A stretch of DNA of 64,000 bases from Eutreptiella sp. 'Long Island Sound 2002' (lineage: Eukaryota; Protista; Euglenida), in the NCBI GenBank assembly GCA_964036045.1, contig OZ038378.1:61752001-61816000 (forward strand), in the 5' to 3' direction. Below the pieces are notes generated by a model that saw nothing but the letters and a program-made list of their open reading frames with translations, was not told where the DNA came from and ran no database searches. This document shows, piece by piece, positions 47,770 to 60,695 of the stretch (positions are counted from its first letter, which is position 1; every line of letters begins with the position of its first letter). Both the position numbers and the translations under genes were made by a program.

Positions 47770-50700
47770 TACGCTCCAAAGCCGGGGACACAGTAATTAA
47801 TGGCCCACAAGTGGGCAGATTGCCTTCATTACCCCTGCCGCCTGGGTATTCCCCAACGCTTGAAATGGGGACATCAAATCAGCACTGGCCGACAAGTGGG
47901 CATATGGGCTACATCACCCCTGCGATGTAGGGTGGTCCCAAAGCTTCAAGCGGAGACAAAATCAGAAGTGGCCCAAAACTTAGCGGATTGGCTACATCAC
48001 CCCTGTCGTCTAAGGGCGTCCCCAATGCTTCAGAGGGGAGAACATAGTGAGCAGTGAAGGACAAGTTCGCGGATTGGCTATATCACTCTTGCTGTTTCAA
48101 GGGTCCCCAACGCTTCAGAGTTGGAGACAAAATCGGAAGTGGCCCACAAATGAGAGGATGGGCTACTTTACCCTTGCCGTCTGCTGGGTTCCCAACGCTT
48201 GCAAGTGGGGGACAAAATCAGCAGTGGCCGACAAGTGCGCAAATTGGCTACGACACCACTACAAACTAGGTGGTCCTCAAAGCTTCAAAGCGGGGGACAA
48301 AATCAACAGTCGCCCACAATGGACAGATAGGCTACATTAGTCGTGCCATTTGGGGGATCCCCAACGCTTTGAAGCGAGCCACAAAATCCGAAGTGGCCGA
48401 CAACTCGGCAAATTGGCCACATCACCCTTGCCGTGTGGGGGTTCCCAACGCTTCCAGCGGGTACCAAAATAAGCAGAGGCCTACAAGTGGGCGCATTGGC
48501 TACATGACCCCGGCCTTCTAGGGGGTGCCCAATGCTTGGGACTGGGAATGAAAATCCGCACTCGCCCACCAGTGGGCGTACTGGCGATGACACCCTTGCC
48601 GTATTGTATAGTGGGTCCCCAACGCTTGACTGCGAGGCAGAAAATGAGGAGGAACCAACGAGTGGGCAAATTAGCCACATCATCCCTGCCGTCCGGGTGG
48701 TCGCAAACAACTCTTCTAAGTGGGGGACAAAATGAGAAGCGCCCCACAACCTGGCAGCTTGACAACGACATCCTTGCCGTCTAAGGGGTCCCCAGTCCTT
48801 CGGAGAGGGGGGCAAAAGCAACATTGGCCCACAAGTCAGCGGATAGGCCCCGTCAGCCCTGCCGTGGATTGTCCCCAATGCTTTAGAGTAGGGTAACAAA
48901 ATTAGCAGTGGCCCACAAGTGAGCAAATTGCCTATAGCACCCCTGCCACGTGCGTGGTGACCAACGCTTTAGAGCGGGGGACAAATTCAGTAGTGGTCCA
49001 CAAGTGGGCAGTTTGGCAACACCAACCCTGCCGTCTATGGGGTCCCAAACGCTTCACAACGGGGAGCCAAAATCAGTAGTGGACCACAAGTTGGGGGATC
49101 GGCGACATCACGGTGCCATACAGGGGGTGCCCAATGATTCAAAGGTGGGGATAAGATCACCGCTAGCCCATATGCGGGGGATTTAGCGACATCACCGTGC
49201 CGTATGGGGGGTACCCAACGCTTCAATGTGGGGAACAAATTTGAACGTGACCCACAAATGGGTGGGTTGGTGACGTTGACGTTGCCGTATGGGGGGTGCA
49301 AAATGCTTAAGAGCAGAGAACAATATCAGCGGTGGCCCACCACTGGCTGGATAGGCTACAGCACCCGTGCCGTATGGGGGGTCTCCAACCCTTCAGCGCA
49401 GGGAACCAAATGAGCAGTGGCCCACTAGTGGGTAGACTGGCTACATCATGCATGCCGTTTGGAGGGGTCCCCAACGCTTTACATTGGGGAAACAATTGAG
49501 ACGTCGCCCACAAAAGGGTGGATTGGCGACGTCACACCGGTGCATCCCCAACGCTTCAGAGTGGGGAACAAAATCAGCAATGGTCCACTTGTGGGAGGAT
49601 ACGCTAGATCACCCTTGCCCTGCGGGGATCCCCAACGCTTCAAAGCAAGGACCAATGTCAACAGCGGCCCACAAGTGGGCCGATTGGCTACATCACCCCT
49701 TCCGTTTGGCAGCGTCCCCAACGCTTTACACGGGGGAACAAATTTGGATGTGGCCCACAAAAGGGTGGACAGGCACCGTCGACGTTGCCGCACGGGGGCG
49801 CATACACTTCACAACAGGGAACAAAATTTGCACTGGTCAAGTGGTGGGAGGATAGGCTACACTAACCCCCCGCTGTGGGGGGGGTACCCAACACTTTGGA
49901 GCAAGGAACAAAACGAGTAGTGGCCCACAAGTGGGCGGATTGGTGACGCCACCCCTGCCCTACGGGGGGTACCCAATGCTTCACAACAAGCAGCAAAAGC
50001 AGCAGTAGTCCACAAGTGGTCGCAAAGCCTACATCACCATTGCCGTTTGGGGGTCCCCGGCGCTTCATAGCGTGGGACAAAATCACTAGTGGCCAGCAAG
50101 ATTGCCGTCTAAGAGGTTCCCAACGCTTTGGAGCAGGGGACAAAATCAGCAGTGGCTCATAAGTAGCCGGATTGGCTATGTCTGGCCTGCCGTTTGGGGG
50201 GTCCACAAAGTTTCATAGCGGGGGACACCAGTGGCCCACAAATGGGCCGATTGGCTACATCACCCCTTCCGTTTGGCACGGTCCCCACCGCTTTACAACG
50301 GGGAACAAATTGAGACGTGGCCCTTGGTCTAGTAGTGGGACGATAGGCTACATCACTCGTGCTGTGTGGGGGGTACCCAACGCTTTAGAGGTGGGAACCA
50401 AATCAGTAGTGGGCCACAACTAGGCGATTTGGTGACACCACCCCTGCCCTATGGGGGGTCCGAAACGCTTCACAGCAAGGAGCCGAATCATCAGTAGTCC
50501 ACAAGTGGGCGCATAAGCTACATTACCCCTGCCATTCGGGGGGTCCCGAACGCTTCGAAGCGGGGTAAAAAATCACTAGTGGCCCAGAAGAGGGCTAGTG
50601 GTGTGCATCATTCGTACCGTCTCAGGGGTTCTCGATGCTTTAGAGCGGGGGACAAAATCAGCCGCGGCCCACAAGTGGGCGGATTACCTATGTGAACCCT

Positions 50701-52463
50701 GCCGTTTGGGGGGTCCCCAACGCTTCAAAATCGAGGACAAAATCAGCAGTGGGCCACAAGTGGGGGGATCAGCTAATTCAGCCGTGCAGTCTACCGGGTC
50801 CCCAACCGATTAAAGCAAGGAAGGAATTTAGACAGGGCCCTGAAGTTGGCAGCTAGACTATATTAGCCCTGCCGCCCGGAGGGTCCCCAACGCTTTGTAG
50901 CGGGGAACAAATTGAGCAGTTACACCCCTACACCCTCGCCAGTTGAGGGGTCTTCGTATCTTCAAGGTGGCAAAGAAAATGAGGAGTGGCCCAAGTTGGT
51001 AGATTGACTATGTCAGCCCCCTTCCGTTAGGGGGGTCACCAACACTTCACCGCAGGAGACAAAATTAGCGATGGCGCTCAAGTACGCGAATTGGCTATGT
51101 CACCTCAGCCGTCTCAGGGGCCCCGACACTTCACAACGTGGGGCACCATCAGAAGGGGCCAAAAATGGGAGGATTGGCTACATGAGCACTGCCGTTTGGG
51201 GGTCACCACCGCTTCAAAGAAGGGAACAAAATCTGCACGGGCCCACAAATGGGCGGATTGGCTACGGCCACCCCTTCGCTTAAGAGCAGGGGACAAAATG
51301 AGCAGTGGCCCACAAGAGGGCTAATTGGCTACAACATCACTGCCATCTGGGGGGTGCCCGACGCTTCACAACACCGGACGAAACCGGCGGTGGCCAACAA
51401 ATAGGCAGGTTGGTTACGCCACCTGCCATCTCAGGGGTCCTCAACACTACGTAGGAGGCAACAAAATGAGCACCAAACCACAACTCGGCGGATGAGCTAC
51501 ATCACCTCTGCCGATCGGGTGCTCACCAACGCTTCGGAGTGGGGGACAAATTCAGCAATGGCTCACAAGTAGGCACGTTGGGTTCGACACCCTTACCGTT
51601 TGGGTGGGCCCCCATGTTCCACAGCGTGAAACAAATTCAAACGTGGTCCACAAGTGGGCGGATCGGCTACATTACCCCTATTGTGAGGGAGGTCCTCACC
51701 GCTTCATTGCGGGGAACAAAATCAGCAGTGGCCCACAAGTGGGCGGAGTGGCTACATTACCCTTGCCATTTGGTTGTACCCAACACTTCAGAATGGGAGA
51801 CAAAGTGAGCAGTGGCCCCACATTGGGCCGATTGGCTATATCATCCTGGCCGTGGGGGGGTTGCTCAACACTTCAGAGTCGGGAACAAAATGAGTAGTGG
51901 CCCGGGAGGAGGCGGATTGGCTACGTCACCCCTGCCGTCGGGGGGGGGGGGGGGGTCCCGAACACTTCCGACAAGAAAACAAAATCAGCAGTGCCCCTGA
52001 AGTGGACGGATTGGCTACTTCACCCTTGCCTTGCAGCAAGTCCGCAACACTTCAGAGCGGGGGACAGGATCAGATGTGGCCCACAAGTGGGCGGATAGGC
52101 TAAATCACACTTGACTTTTGGAGGGTCACCAACACTTCATATCAGGGAACAAAATCTGCTTTGGCCCAACAGCAGGCGGATTAGCCATATCACCCCTGCC
52201 GTTTTGGGGGCTCCCCAGCATTTCGGAGATGGGAAGAAAACCGCACTCGCGCACAAGTGGGCGGATAGGCTACAACACACTTGTCGTTTTGGAGGTCGTC
52301 AATGCTTCAAAGCGGAGGACAAGATCATAAGTGCCCCACAAGTAGGCGGGGTGGGTATGCCAACGCTTCTTTTTGAGGGATCCATAACACTGCATAGGGT
52401 GACCAAATTCATGAGTGCGCCACAAGTGGACGACGGATTGACTGCTTCACCCCCGCCAATTGG

Positions 52464-52602
52464 CATCCGGTGGTTTTCTTGAAATCAAGTACGACACCCA
52501 CCAATGTTGTCCTCCATGACAATCAATCCACAACATTGTTGTATTTGCTCGTAACATAATCTCTGCTTCACTGCCTTATGGTTATTTAGATTTATTGGCT
52601 GT
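52464..52602. other. 139-bp insertion flanked by a 7-bp direct repeat (CAATTGG), homologous to ~44071-44225
   Basis: Shared catccggtggttttcttgaaatca.gta..acacccaccaatgt; CAATTGG at 52457-52463 and 52603-52609. Confidence 0.7.
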
Positions 52603-54056
52603 CAATTGGGGGGGTGTCCAAAGGTTCAAAGCGAGGAACAAATTGAGACGTGGCCCGCAAGTGGGCGGATGGGCGACATCATCCCTGCCATATGGGAGGT
52701 TCCCAATGCTTCAAAGCGGGGGACAAAATGAACACTGGCCCACAAATGGGCCAGTTGGCAACAACACCACTGCCGTATGGGGGGTCCTCGACACGGAAGG
52801 AAATGAGCATTGGCCTTCAAGTGGGCAGCTTAGGTATGCCAATCCTGCCGGTTGAGGGCTCCCTAACACTTCATAGCAGGGGAGAAAATCACGAGGGCGC
52901 TAGAGGTGGGTGGATCGGCGTCGTCACCCCTACTATTTGGGGGGGTCCCCATCGATTCACAGCGGGGATGAAAATCAGTAGTGGCCCACAAGTGGGCCAA
53001 TACGCTGCATCACCTTTGCCCTCAGGGCGGTCCCCAACGCTTCAAAGCGGGAGACAAAACCAACAATGGGCCACACCTGGGCGGATTGGCTACGTGACCG
53101 CTGCCGTTTCGGCGGTCTCCAACTCTTCACAGCGGGAAACAAAATTAGCAGTGGCCCACATGTGGGCAGGTTGGCCACATGAGGCCTACCATCTGGGTGG
53201 TCCACAACGCTTTAGGGTGGGGAACAAAATGGGACGTGGCCCACAAGTGCGCGGGATAGAGTACATACCCCTGTTGTTTGAGGTTCCCGAAAGCTTCAGG
53301 GCCGGGAACAAAAATTGACATGGCCCGTAATTTGGGCAGATTGGCTACGTCACCCATGCGGTATGGGGGGTCCCCAGGACTTCACAATGGGGGACAAAAT
53401 CAACATTGGCCACAGGGGGACGAATTGGCTGCACCATCCCTGCCGTGTGTGTGCTCCCCAACACTTCATACCCGGGGACAAAATGAGGAGTGGCCCACAA
53501 AAGGGCACATTGGCTACGATACCCATGCCGTCGGGGGGGTCCCCTACCCATCATAGCAGCGGACAAAATCAGAAGTGGCCCACAAGCGGGCCCATTGGCG
53601 CCATAACACCTTTCATCCAAGGGGCAACCATTGCTTCAAAGTGGGGGAGAAAACCCCGAGTGACCCACAAGCAAGTGCATTGGCTGCACGACCCCTGCTG
53701 CTTTGGGGGTCCCCAACGCTTCAAAATGGGGGACACAATCAGCAGTGGGCCACAAGTGGGCTAATTTGCTAAGTGAGCTCTGCCTCCTAGGGGGTCCCCA
53801 TTGCTTCAAAGCATGGAACAAAATCAGCATTGGCCCACAAGAGGGCAAATTGGCTACGTGAGCCATGCCGTATGGGTGGTCCCCAACGCTTCACAGCGGG
53901 GAACACAATCAGCACTGACCCACGAGTGGGTGGATTGGCTACACCACCCCTGCTGCTTGGGTGGTCCCCAATGCTTCAGAGCGGGTGACAAAATGAGTGC
54001 TACGACACCCCCACCGTCCGGGGGGTCCCCAGCGTTTCAGAGCGGAGGGACAAAAT

Positions 54057-54555
54057 TCTTGATTCAAAAACTCCTTGATTCAAAAAGTGCTTGATCTTAA
54101 AAAATTTGTGACTCAAAAAAGTTTCATGTTTAAAAAAAATGTTGATTCAAAAACAGTCCTTGTTTTAGAAGTCCTTTCTCTTTGTGATATACATCGAATT
54201 TTCAGTTTTGAATGATTGGTTGTCCAGTGTATCAAAATTTTTTGCTTTTCGCAAATTTCAGTCGCCGCGGTGTACATACACATGATCCATAAGAGCATTG
54301 GGGAATATTGGTGTTGTTTTGATTTTTTCATGATGGTGATGAGCTAGCATTAGCTCGAAACCGGTACAGTGCTAGGGCACCATGCACAATTCTTCTTACG
54401 CTCCCGTGCATTGCCTGCCTAAGGTTTGACTTTGCGTTGGCACACCACAAGGACTTGTTAATAGCTCAAAATGTTTAAATCAAGGACTTTCTTTAAATGA
54501 AGGGTTTCTTATACCCGGACTTTTTTTTTAATCCAAGACTTTTTAAAAAGTTAAA
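54057..54555. mobile_element. AT-rich foldback/MITE-like insertion with an 8-bp flanking direct repeat (GACAAAAT)
   Basis: Left CTTGATTCAAAAA repeats, right inverted TTT..AATC(C)AAG repeats; GACAAAAT at 54049-54056 and 54556-54563. Confidence 0.55.
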
Positions 54556-55275
54556 GACAAAATGAGCGGTATGACACCCCCACCATCCAGTGGGGCCCCA
54601 AACAATTCAGAGGAGAGAGGGGGGGGGGGGAATCACAAGTGGCCCATAAGTCGGCTCATTGGTTCAATCACCCCTCCCATTTTTGGGCTCCCCAACTCTC
54701 CATAGCGGGGGAAAAAATCTGCATTGGCCCACAAGTGGGCTGATACGCTTCACAGCGGGGGCCTAAATGAGTAGCGGCCAGCAAGTGGGCAGACTGGTTA
54801 CGGCACCCCTGACGTCTGGGTGGGAGGATCCCCAATAAGTGTGCCAATTGGCTACATCACCGCTGCCGTTTGGACGGTCTGTAACAATCTGGAGCGGGGT
54901 TCAAAATCAGCAGTGGCTCACAATGTACCCTTTGGTTTGGGAATGGCTGATAAGAGAACTTTTGAATGGGGAGCGAAACTTGCGCGAATATGGGTGTCCA
55001 AATCCACCGCTTTGCCCCGAAAAAGCCTTTTTGCGGGGTTTGGGATGGTGGCTATATTTTTGAACATTGAAAAAAAAAAACTACATACGTGTGCTTGCCA
55101 AAGAAAACGGCCCTTTTTGCACACGTTGGGTGGCCAAAACGGCCCACCAATTGCCCAATACATTCACGTATGCCTGCGGAGACTTTGCATAGGCAGAAAA
55201 AAAAAGCCATATTTGCGCGAAATTAGCGCCAAAATAATGAGAATATTCGAATATGTGTGCACATGTTCACCGGGG

Positions 55276-55338
55276 TGTGGTGTGCTGTGGTGTGGTGTGG
55301 TGTGGTGTGGTGTGGTGTGGTGTGGTGTGGTGTGGTGT
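55276..55338. repeat. (TGTGG)n microsatellite
   Basis: Directly visible pentamer run. Confidence 0.95.
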
Positions 55339-55639
55339 GCCGAAGGCGCTGTTACCAAAAGGCAAAGGCCGGGATGTCTACCCACGGGTAAAGGTAAACG
55401 GGCTGGGCTGTGTGTGTTGTGTGCGCGCTGTGTGTAAGTGTGTTGTGGCATAGCCGGACCAGTGTACTCTCGCACTTGGCCGACACCGCCTTGCCGACGC
55501 CTGCGCGCAGTCACACAGGGTCTCATGGGCCCACTGCACCCCGCGTGCCGCGCTGCACCATCAGTGCTTTTTGTGTGGTGCCGCACTGCTTGGTGCTGTG
55601 CACTACACTGCAATGTGTGTGCCCTGCTGCACGGTTGTT

Positions 55640-56990
55640 GTGGGCAGAGGGCAGTGGGCAGTGTAACGCACTGCCACGCCGCCTGGGGGCTGTGGGCAGT
55701 GGAAATCCTGCTTCATACTGCCGCATTGCCTAAGGGCAGTGGGGAGTGGTACTCCTGCCATTCTCTGCCTCCCTGCCTTGGGGCAGTGGGCCGGGCATCT
55801 CCTGCAATACACTGCCGCCGTGCCTGGGGCAGTGGGCAGTGGAACTCCTGCTACACACTGCGCCACGGCCCGGGGGCAGGGGGCAGTGGATCTACTGCAA
55901 TGCACTGCCTCACTGCCTGTGGGCAGTGGACAGTGCAACTCCCGCAGTACACTGCCCCACTGCCTGGGGGCAGTGGGCAGTGGAACTCCTGCAATACACT
56001 GCCGCACTGCCTGGGGGCAGTGGGCAGTGGAACTCCCGCAATACACTGCCTCACTGCCTGGGGGCAGTGGGCAGTGGACGTTTTGCAACGCACTGCCCCA
56101 CTGCCTGGGGGCAGTGGGCAGTGCAACTCCTGCAATGCACTGACTGCCTCACTGCCTGGGGGCAGTGGACAGTGCAACTTCTGCGATGCACTGCCTCACT
56201 GCCCGGGGGCAGCGGGCAGTGCACCTCCTGCAATGCACTGCCTCACTGCCCTGGGGCAGTGGGCAGTGCAACTCCTGCAATGCACTGAATGCCTCACTGC
56301 CTGGGGGCAGTGGACAGTGCAACTCCTGCAATGCACTGCCTCACTGTCTGGGGGCAGTGGGCAGTGGAAATCCTGCAATGCACTGCCTCACTGCCCTTGG
56401 GCAGTAGGCAGTGCAACTCCTGCAATGCACTGCCTCACTGCCCGGGGGCAGTGGGCAGTGCAACTCCTGCAATGCACTGCCTCACTGCCCTCGGGGCAGT
56501 GGGCAGTGCAGCTCCTGCAATGCACTGCCTCACTGCCCTCGGGCAGTAGGCAGTGCAACTCCTGCAATGCACTGCCTCACTGCCTCGGGGTAGTGGGCAG
56601 TGGAACTCCTGCAATGCACTGCCTCACTGCCTGGGGGCAGTGGACAGTGCAACTCCTGCAATGCACTGCCTCACTGCCTGGGAGCAGTGGGCAGTGCAAC
56701 TCCTGCAATGCACTGCCTCACTGCCTGGGGGCAGTGGGCAGTGCAGCTCCCGCAACGCACTGCCCCACTGGCCGGGGGCAGTGGGCAGTGCAACTCCTGC
56801 AATGCACTGCCTCACTGCCCTCGGGCAGCAGGCAGTGCAACTCCCGCAATACACTGCCTCACTGCCTGGGGGCAGTGGGCAGTGGAACTCCTGCAATGCT
56901 CTGCCCCACTGCCTAGGGGAAGTGGACAGTGGGACTCCTGCAATGCGCTGCCTCACTGCCTGGGGGCAGTGGGCAGTAGAACGCCTGCAA
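55640..56990. repeat. 47-bp hairpin satellite (GGGGCAGTGGGCAGTGCAACTCCTGCAATGCACTGCCTCACTGCCTG), array 1
   Basis: 47-bp periodicity; each unit is self-complementary. Confidence 0.95.
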
Positions 56991-59900
56991 AGTAGAATCG
57001 GGCACACCGGCCTGGGGTGATGGGGAGTCCTGCCCAGGGGGTGGTCGGAGCGTCCTGCAGGGCCTGTGGGGATGTAGATTCGGGCACACCAGCCTGGGGG
57101 GGCGGGGAGTCCTGCCCAGGGGGTGGTTGGAGTGCATCCCTGGGCCTGTGGGGAGGTAGATTCGGGCACACCGCCCCGGGGGGACGGGGAGTCCTGCCCA
57201 GGGGGTGGTCGGAGTTTCCTGCGGGGCCTGTGGGGACGTAGAACCGGGCACACCGGCCTGGGGGGATGGGGAGTCCAGCCCAGGGGGTGGTCGGAGTTTC
57301 CTGCAGGGCCTGGATGGACAACTGGGCCCACCGGCCTTGGGGGATGGGGAGTCCTGCCGAAGGGGTGGTCGGAGCGTCCTGCAGGGCCTGTGGGGACGTA
57401 GAACCGGGCCAACCGGCCTGGGGGGACGGGGAGTCCTGCCCAGGGGGTGGTCGGAGTTTCCCGCAGGGCCCGCGGGGATGGACAACCGGGCGCACCGGCC
57501 TGGGGGGACGGGGAGTCCTGCCCAGGGGCTGGTCGGAGCATCCTGCAAGGCCTGTGGGGACGCAGAACCGGGCACACCGGCCTGGGGGGATGGGGAGTCT
57601 TGCCCAGGGGGTGGTCGGAGTTTCCTGCAGGGTCTGCGGGGATGGACAACTGGGCACACCGGCCTGGGGGGATGGGGAGTCCAGCCCAGGGGGTGGTCGG
57701 AGTTTCCTGCAGGGCCTGTGGGGACGTAGAACCGGGCACACCGGCCTGGGGGGATGGGGAGTCCTGCCCAGGGGGTGGTCGGAGCGTCCTGCAGGGCCTG
57801 TGGGAACGTAGAACCGGGCACACCGGCCTGGGGGGATGGGGAGTCCAGCCCAGGGGGTGGCGGGAGTTTCCTGCAGGGCCTGCGGGGATGGACAACCGGG
57901 CCCACGGGGCGGTCGGAGCGTCCTGCAGGGCCTGTGGAGACGTAGAACCGGGTACACAGGCCTGGGGGGATGGGGAGTCCTGCCCAGGGGGGTGGTCGGA
58001 GTTTCCTGCAGGGCCTGCAGGTGGACAACCGGGCGCACCGGCCTGGGGGGACGGGGAGTCCTGCCCAGGGGGTGGTCGGAGCGTCCTGCAGGGCCTGTGG
58101 GGACGTAGAACCGGGCACAGCGGCCTGGGGGGATGGGGAGTCCTGCCCAGGGGGTGGTCGGAGTGCATTGCTGGGCCTGTGGGGAGGTAGATTCGGGCAC
58201 ACCGGCCTTGGGGGACGGGGAGTTGTGCCCAGGGGGTGGTCGGAGCGTCCTGCAGGGCCTGTGGGGACGTAGAACCGGGCACACCGGCCTGGGGGGATGG
58301 GGAGTCCTGCCCAGGGGTTGGTCGGAGTGTCCTGCAGGGCCTGCGGGGATGGACAACCGGGCCCACCGGCCTGGGGGGACGGGGAGTCCTGCCCAGGGGG
58401 TGGTCGAAGCGTCCTGCAGGGCCTGTGGGGACGTAGAACCGGGCACACCGGCCTGGGGGGATGGGGAGTCCAGCCCAGGGGGTGGTCGGAGTTTCCTGCA
58501 GGGCCCGCGGGGATGGACAACCGGGCCCACCGGCCTGGGGGGACGGGGAGTCCTGCCCAGGGGGGTGGTCGGAGCGTCCTGCAGGGCCTGTGGGGACGTA
58601 GAACCGGGCACACCGGCCTGGGGGGATGGGGAGTTTAGCCCAGGGGGTGGTCGGAGTTTCCTGCAGGGCCTGCGGGGACGTAGAACCGGGCGCACCGGCC
58701 TGGGGGGGACGGGGAGCCCAGCCCAGGGGCTGTTCGGAGCCTCCTGCCAAGCCAATGGGGGGCCATCTTCTTCTGAGAACAGGGCGCACCGGCCCGGGGG
58801 GGACGGGGAGTCCTGCCCAGGGGGTGGCGGGAGTTTCCTGCAGGGCCTGCGGGGATGGACAACCGGGCCCACGGGGCGGTCGGAGCGTCCTGCAGGGCCT
58901 GTGGAGACGTAGAACCGGGCACACCGGCCTGGGGGGATGGGGAGTCCTGCCCAGGGGGGTGGTCGGAGTTTCCTGCAGGGCCTGCGGGGATGGACAACCG
59001 GGCGCACCGGCCTGGGGGGCTGGGGAGTCCTGCCCAGGGGGTGGTCGGAGCGTCCTGCAGGGCCTGTGGGGACGTAGAACCGGGCGCACCGGCCTGAGGG
59101 GATGGGGAGGCCTGCCCAGGGGGTGGTCGGAGTGCATTGCTGGGCCTGTGGGGAGGTAGATTCGGGCACACCGGCCTTGGGGGACGGGGAGTTGTGCCCA
59201 GGGGTTGGTCGGAGCGTCCTGCAGGGCCTGTGGGGACGTAGAACCGGGCACACCGGCCTGGGGGGATGGGGAGTCCAGCCCAGGGGGTGGTCGGAGTTTC
59301 CTGCAGGGCCTGCGGGGATGGACAACCGGGCCCTCCGGCCTAGGGGGATGGGCAGTCCTGCCCAGGGGGTGGTCGGAGCGTCCTGCAGGGCCTGTGGGGA
59401 CGTAGAACCGGGCACACCGGCCTGGGGGGATGGGGAGTCCAGCCCAGGGGGTGGTCGGAGTTTCCTGCAGGGCCTGCGGGGATGGACAACCGGGCCCTCC
59501 GGCCTGGGGGGATGGGCAGTCCTGCCCAGGGGGTGGTCGGAGCGTCCTGCAGGGCCTGTGGGGACGTAGAACCGAGCACACCGGCGTGGGGGGATGGGGA
59601 GTCCTGCCCAGGGGTTGGTCGGAGTGTCCTGCAGGGCCTGCGGGGATGGACAACCGGGCCCACCGGCCTGCGGGCACGGGGAGTCTTGCCCAGGGGGTGG
59701 TCGGAGCGTCCTGCAGGGCCTGTGGGGACGTAGAACCGGGCACACAGGCCTGGGGGGGTGGGGAGTCCAGCCCAGGGGGTGGTCGGAGTTTCCTGCAGGG
59801 CCCGCGGGGATGGACAATCGGGCCCACCGGCCTGGGGGGACGGGGAGTCCTGCCCAGGGGGTGGTCGGAGCGTCCTGCAGGGCCTGTGGGGACGTAGAAC

Positions 59901-60695
59901 CGGGCACACCGGCCTGGGGGGATGGGGAGTTTAGCCCAGGGGGTGGTCGGAGTTTCCTGCAGGGCCTGCGGGGACGTAGAACCGGGCGCACCGGCCTGGG
60001 GGGGACGGGGAGCCCAGCCCACGGGCTGTTCGGAGCCTCCTGCCAGGCCAATGGGGGGCCATCTTCTTATGAGAACCGGGCGCACCGGCCCGGGGGGACG
60101 GGGAGTCCTGCCCAGGGGGTGTTCGGAGTCTCCTGCCAGGCCAATGGGGGGGCCATCTTCTTCAGAGAACCGGGCGCACCGGCCCGGGGGGGACGGGGAG
60201 TCCTGCCCAGGGGGTGTTCGGAGTCTCCTGCCAGGCCAATGGGGGGCCATCTTCTTCAGAGAACCGGGCGCACCGGCCCGGGGGGGACGGGGAGTCCTGC
60301 CCAGGGGGTGTTCGGAGCCTCCTGCCAGGGCAATGGGGGGCCATCTTCTTCAGAGAACCGGGCGCACCGGCCTGGGGGGGACGGGGAGTCCTGCCCAGGG
60401 GGTGTTCGGAGTCTCCTGCAAGGCTAGTGGGGGGCCATCTTCTTCAGAGAACCGGGCGCACCGGCCCGGGGGGGACGGGGAGTCCTGCCCAGGGGGTGTT
60501 CGGAGTCTCCTGCCAGGGCCAATGGGGGGCCATCTTCTTCAGAGAACCGGGCGCACCGGCCCGGGGGGGACGGGGAGTCCTGCCCAGGGGGTGTTCGAAG
60601 TCTCCTGCAAGGCCAGTGGGGGGCAATCTTCTTCAGAGAACCGGGCGCACCGGCCCGGGGGGGACGGGGAGCCCTGCCCAGGGGGTGTTCGGAGT
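56991..60695. repeat. ~82-bp G-rich satellite with alternating variants, grading into the 94-bp form
   Basis: gtagaaccgggcacaccggcctggggggatggggagtcctgcccagggggtggtcggagcgtcctgcagggcctgtggggac units with gacgtaga/gatggaca/gaggtaga variants. Confidence 0.95.

Larger units (their letters stand above)
41595..54925. repeat. Divergent ~85-bp satellite (AGCAGTGGCCCACAAGTGGGCGGATTGGCTACATCACCCCTGCCGTCTAGGGGGTCCCCAACGCTTCAGAGCGGGGGACAAAATC), interrupted four times
   Basis: CACAAGTGGG core recurs every ~84-86 bp (e.g. 41621, 41705, 41791); interruptions at ~43520-44680, 47089-47769, 52464-52602, 54057-54555. Confidence 0.95.

Noticed and set aside
41595-54925. CRISPR-like or tRNA-derived array
   Set aside because: There are no unique spacers between constant repeats and no cas genes; the monomer lacks an acceptor stem and proper A/B boxes despite its hairpins.
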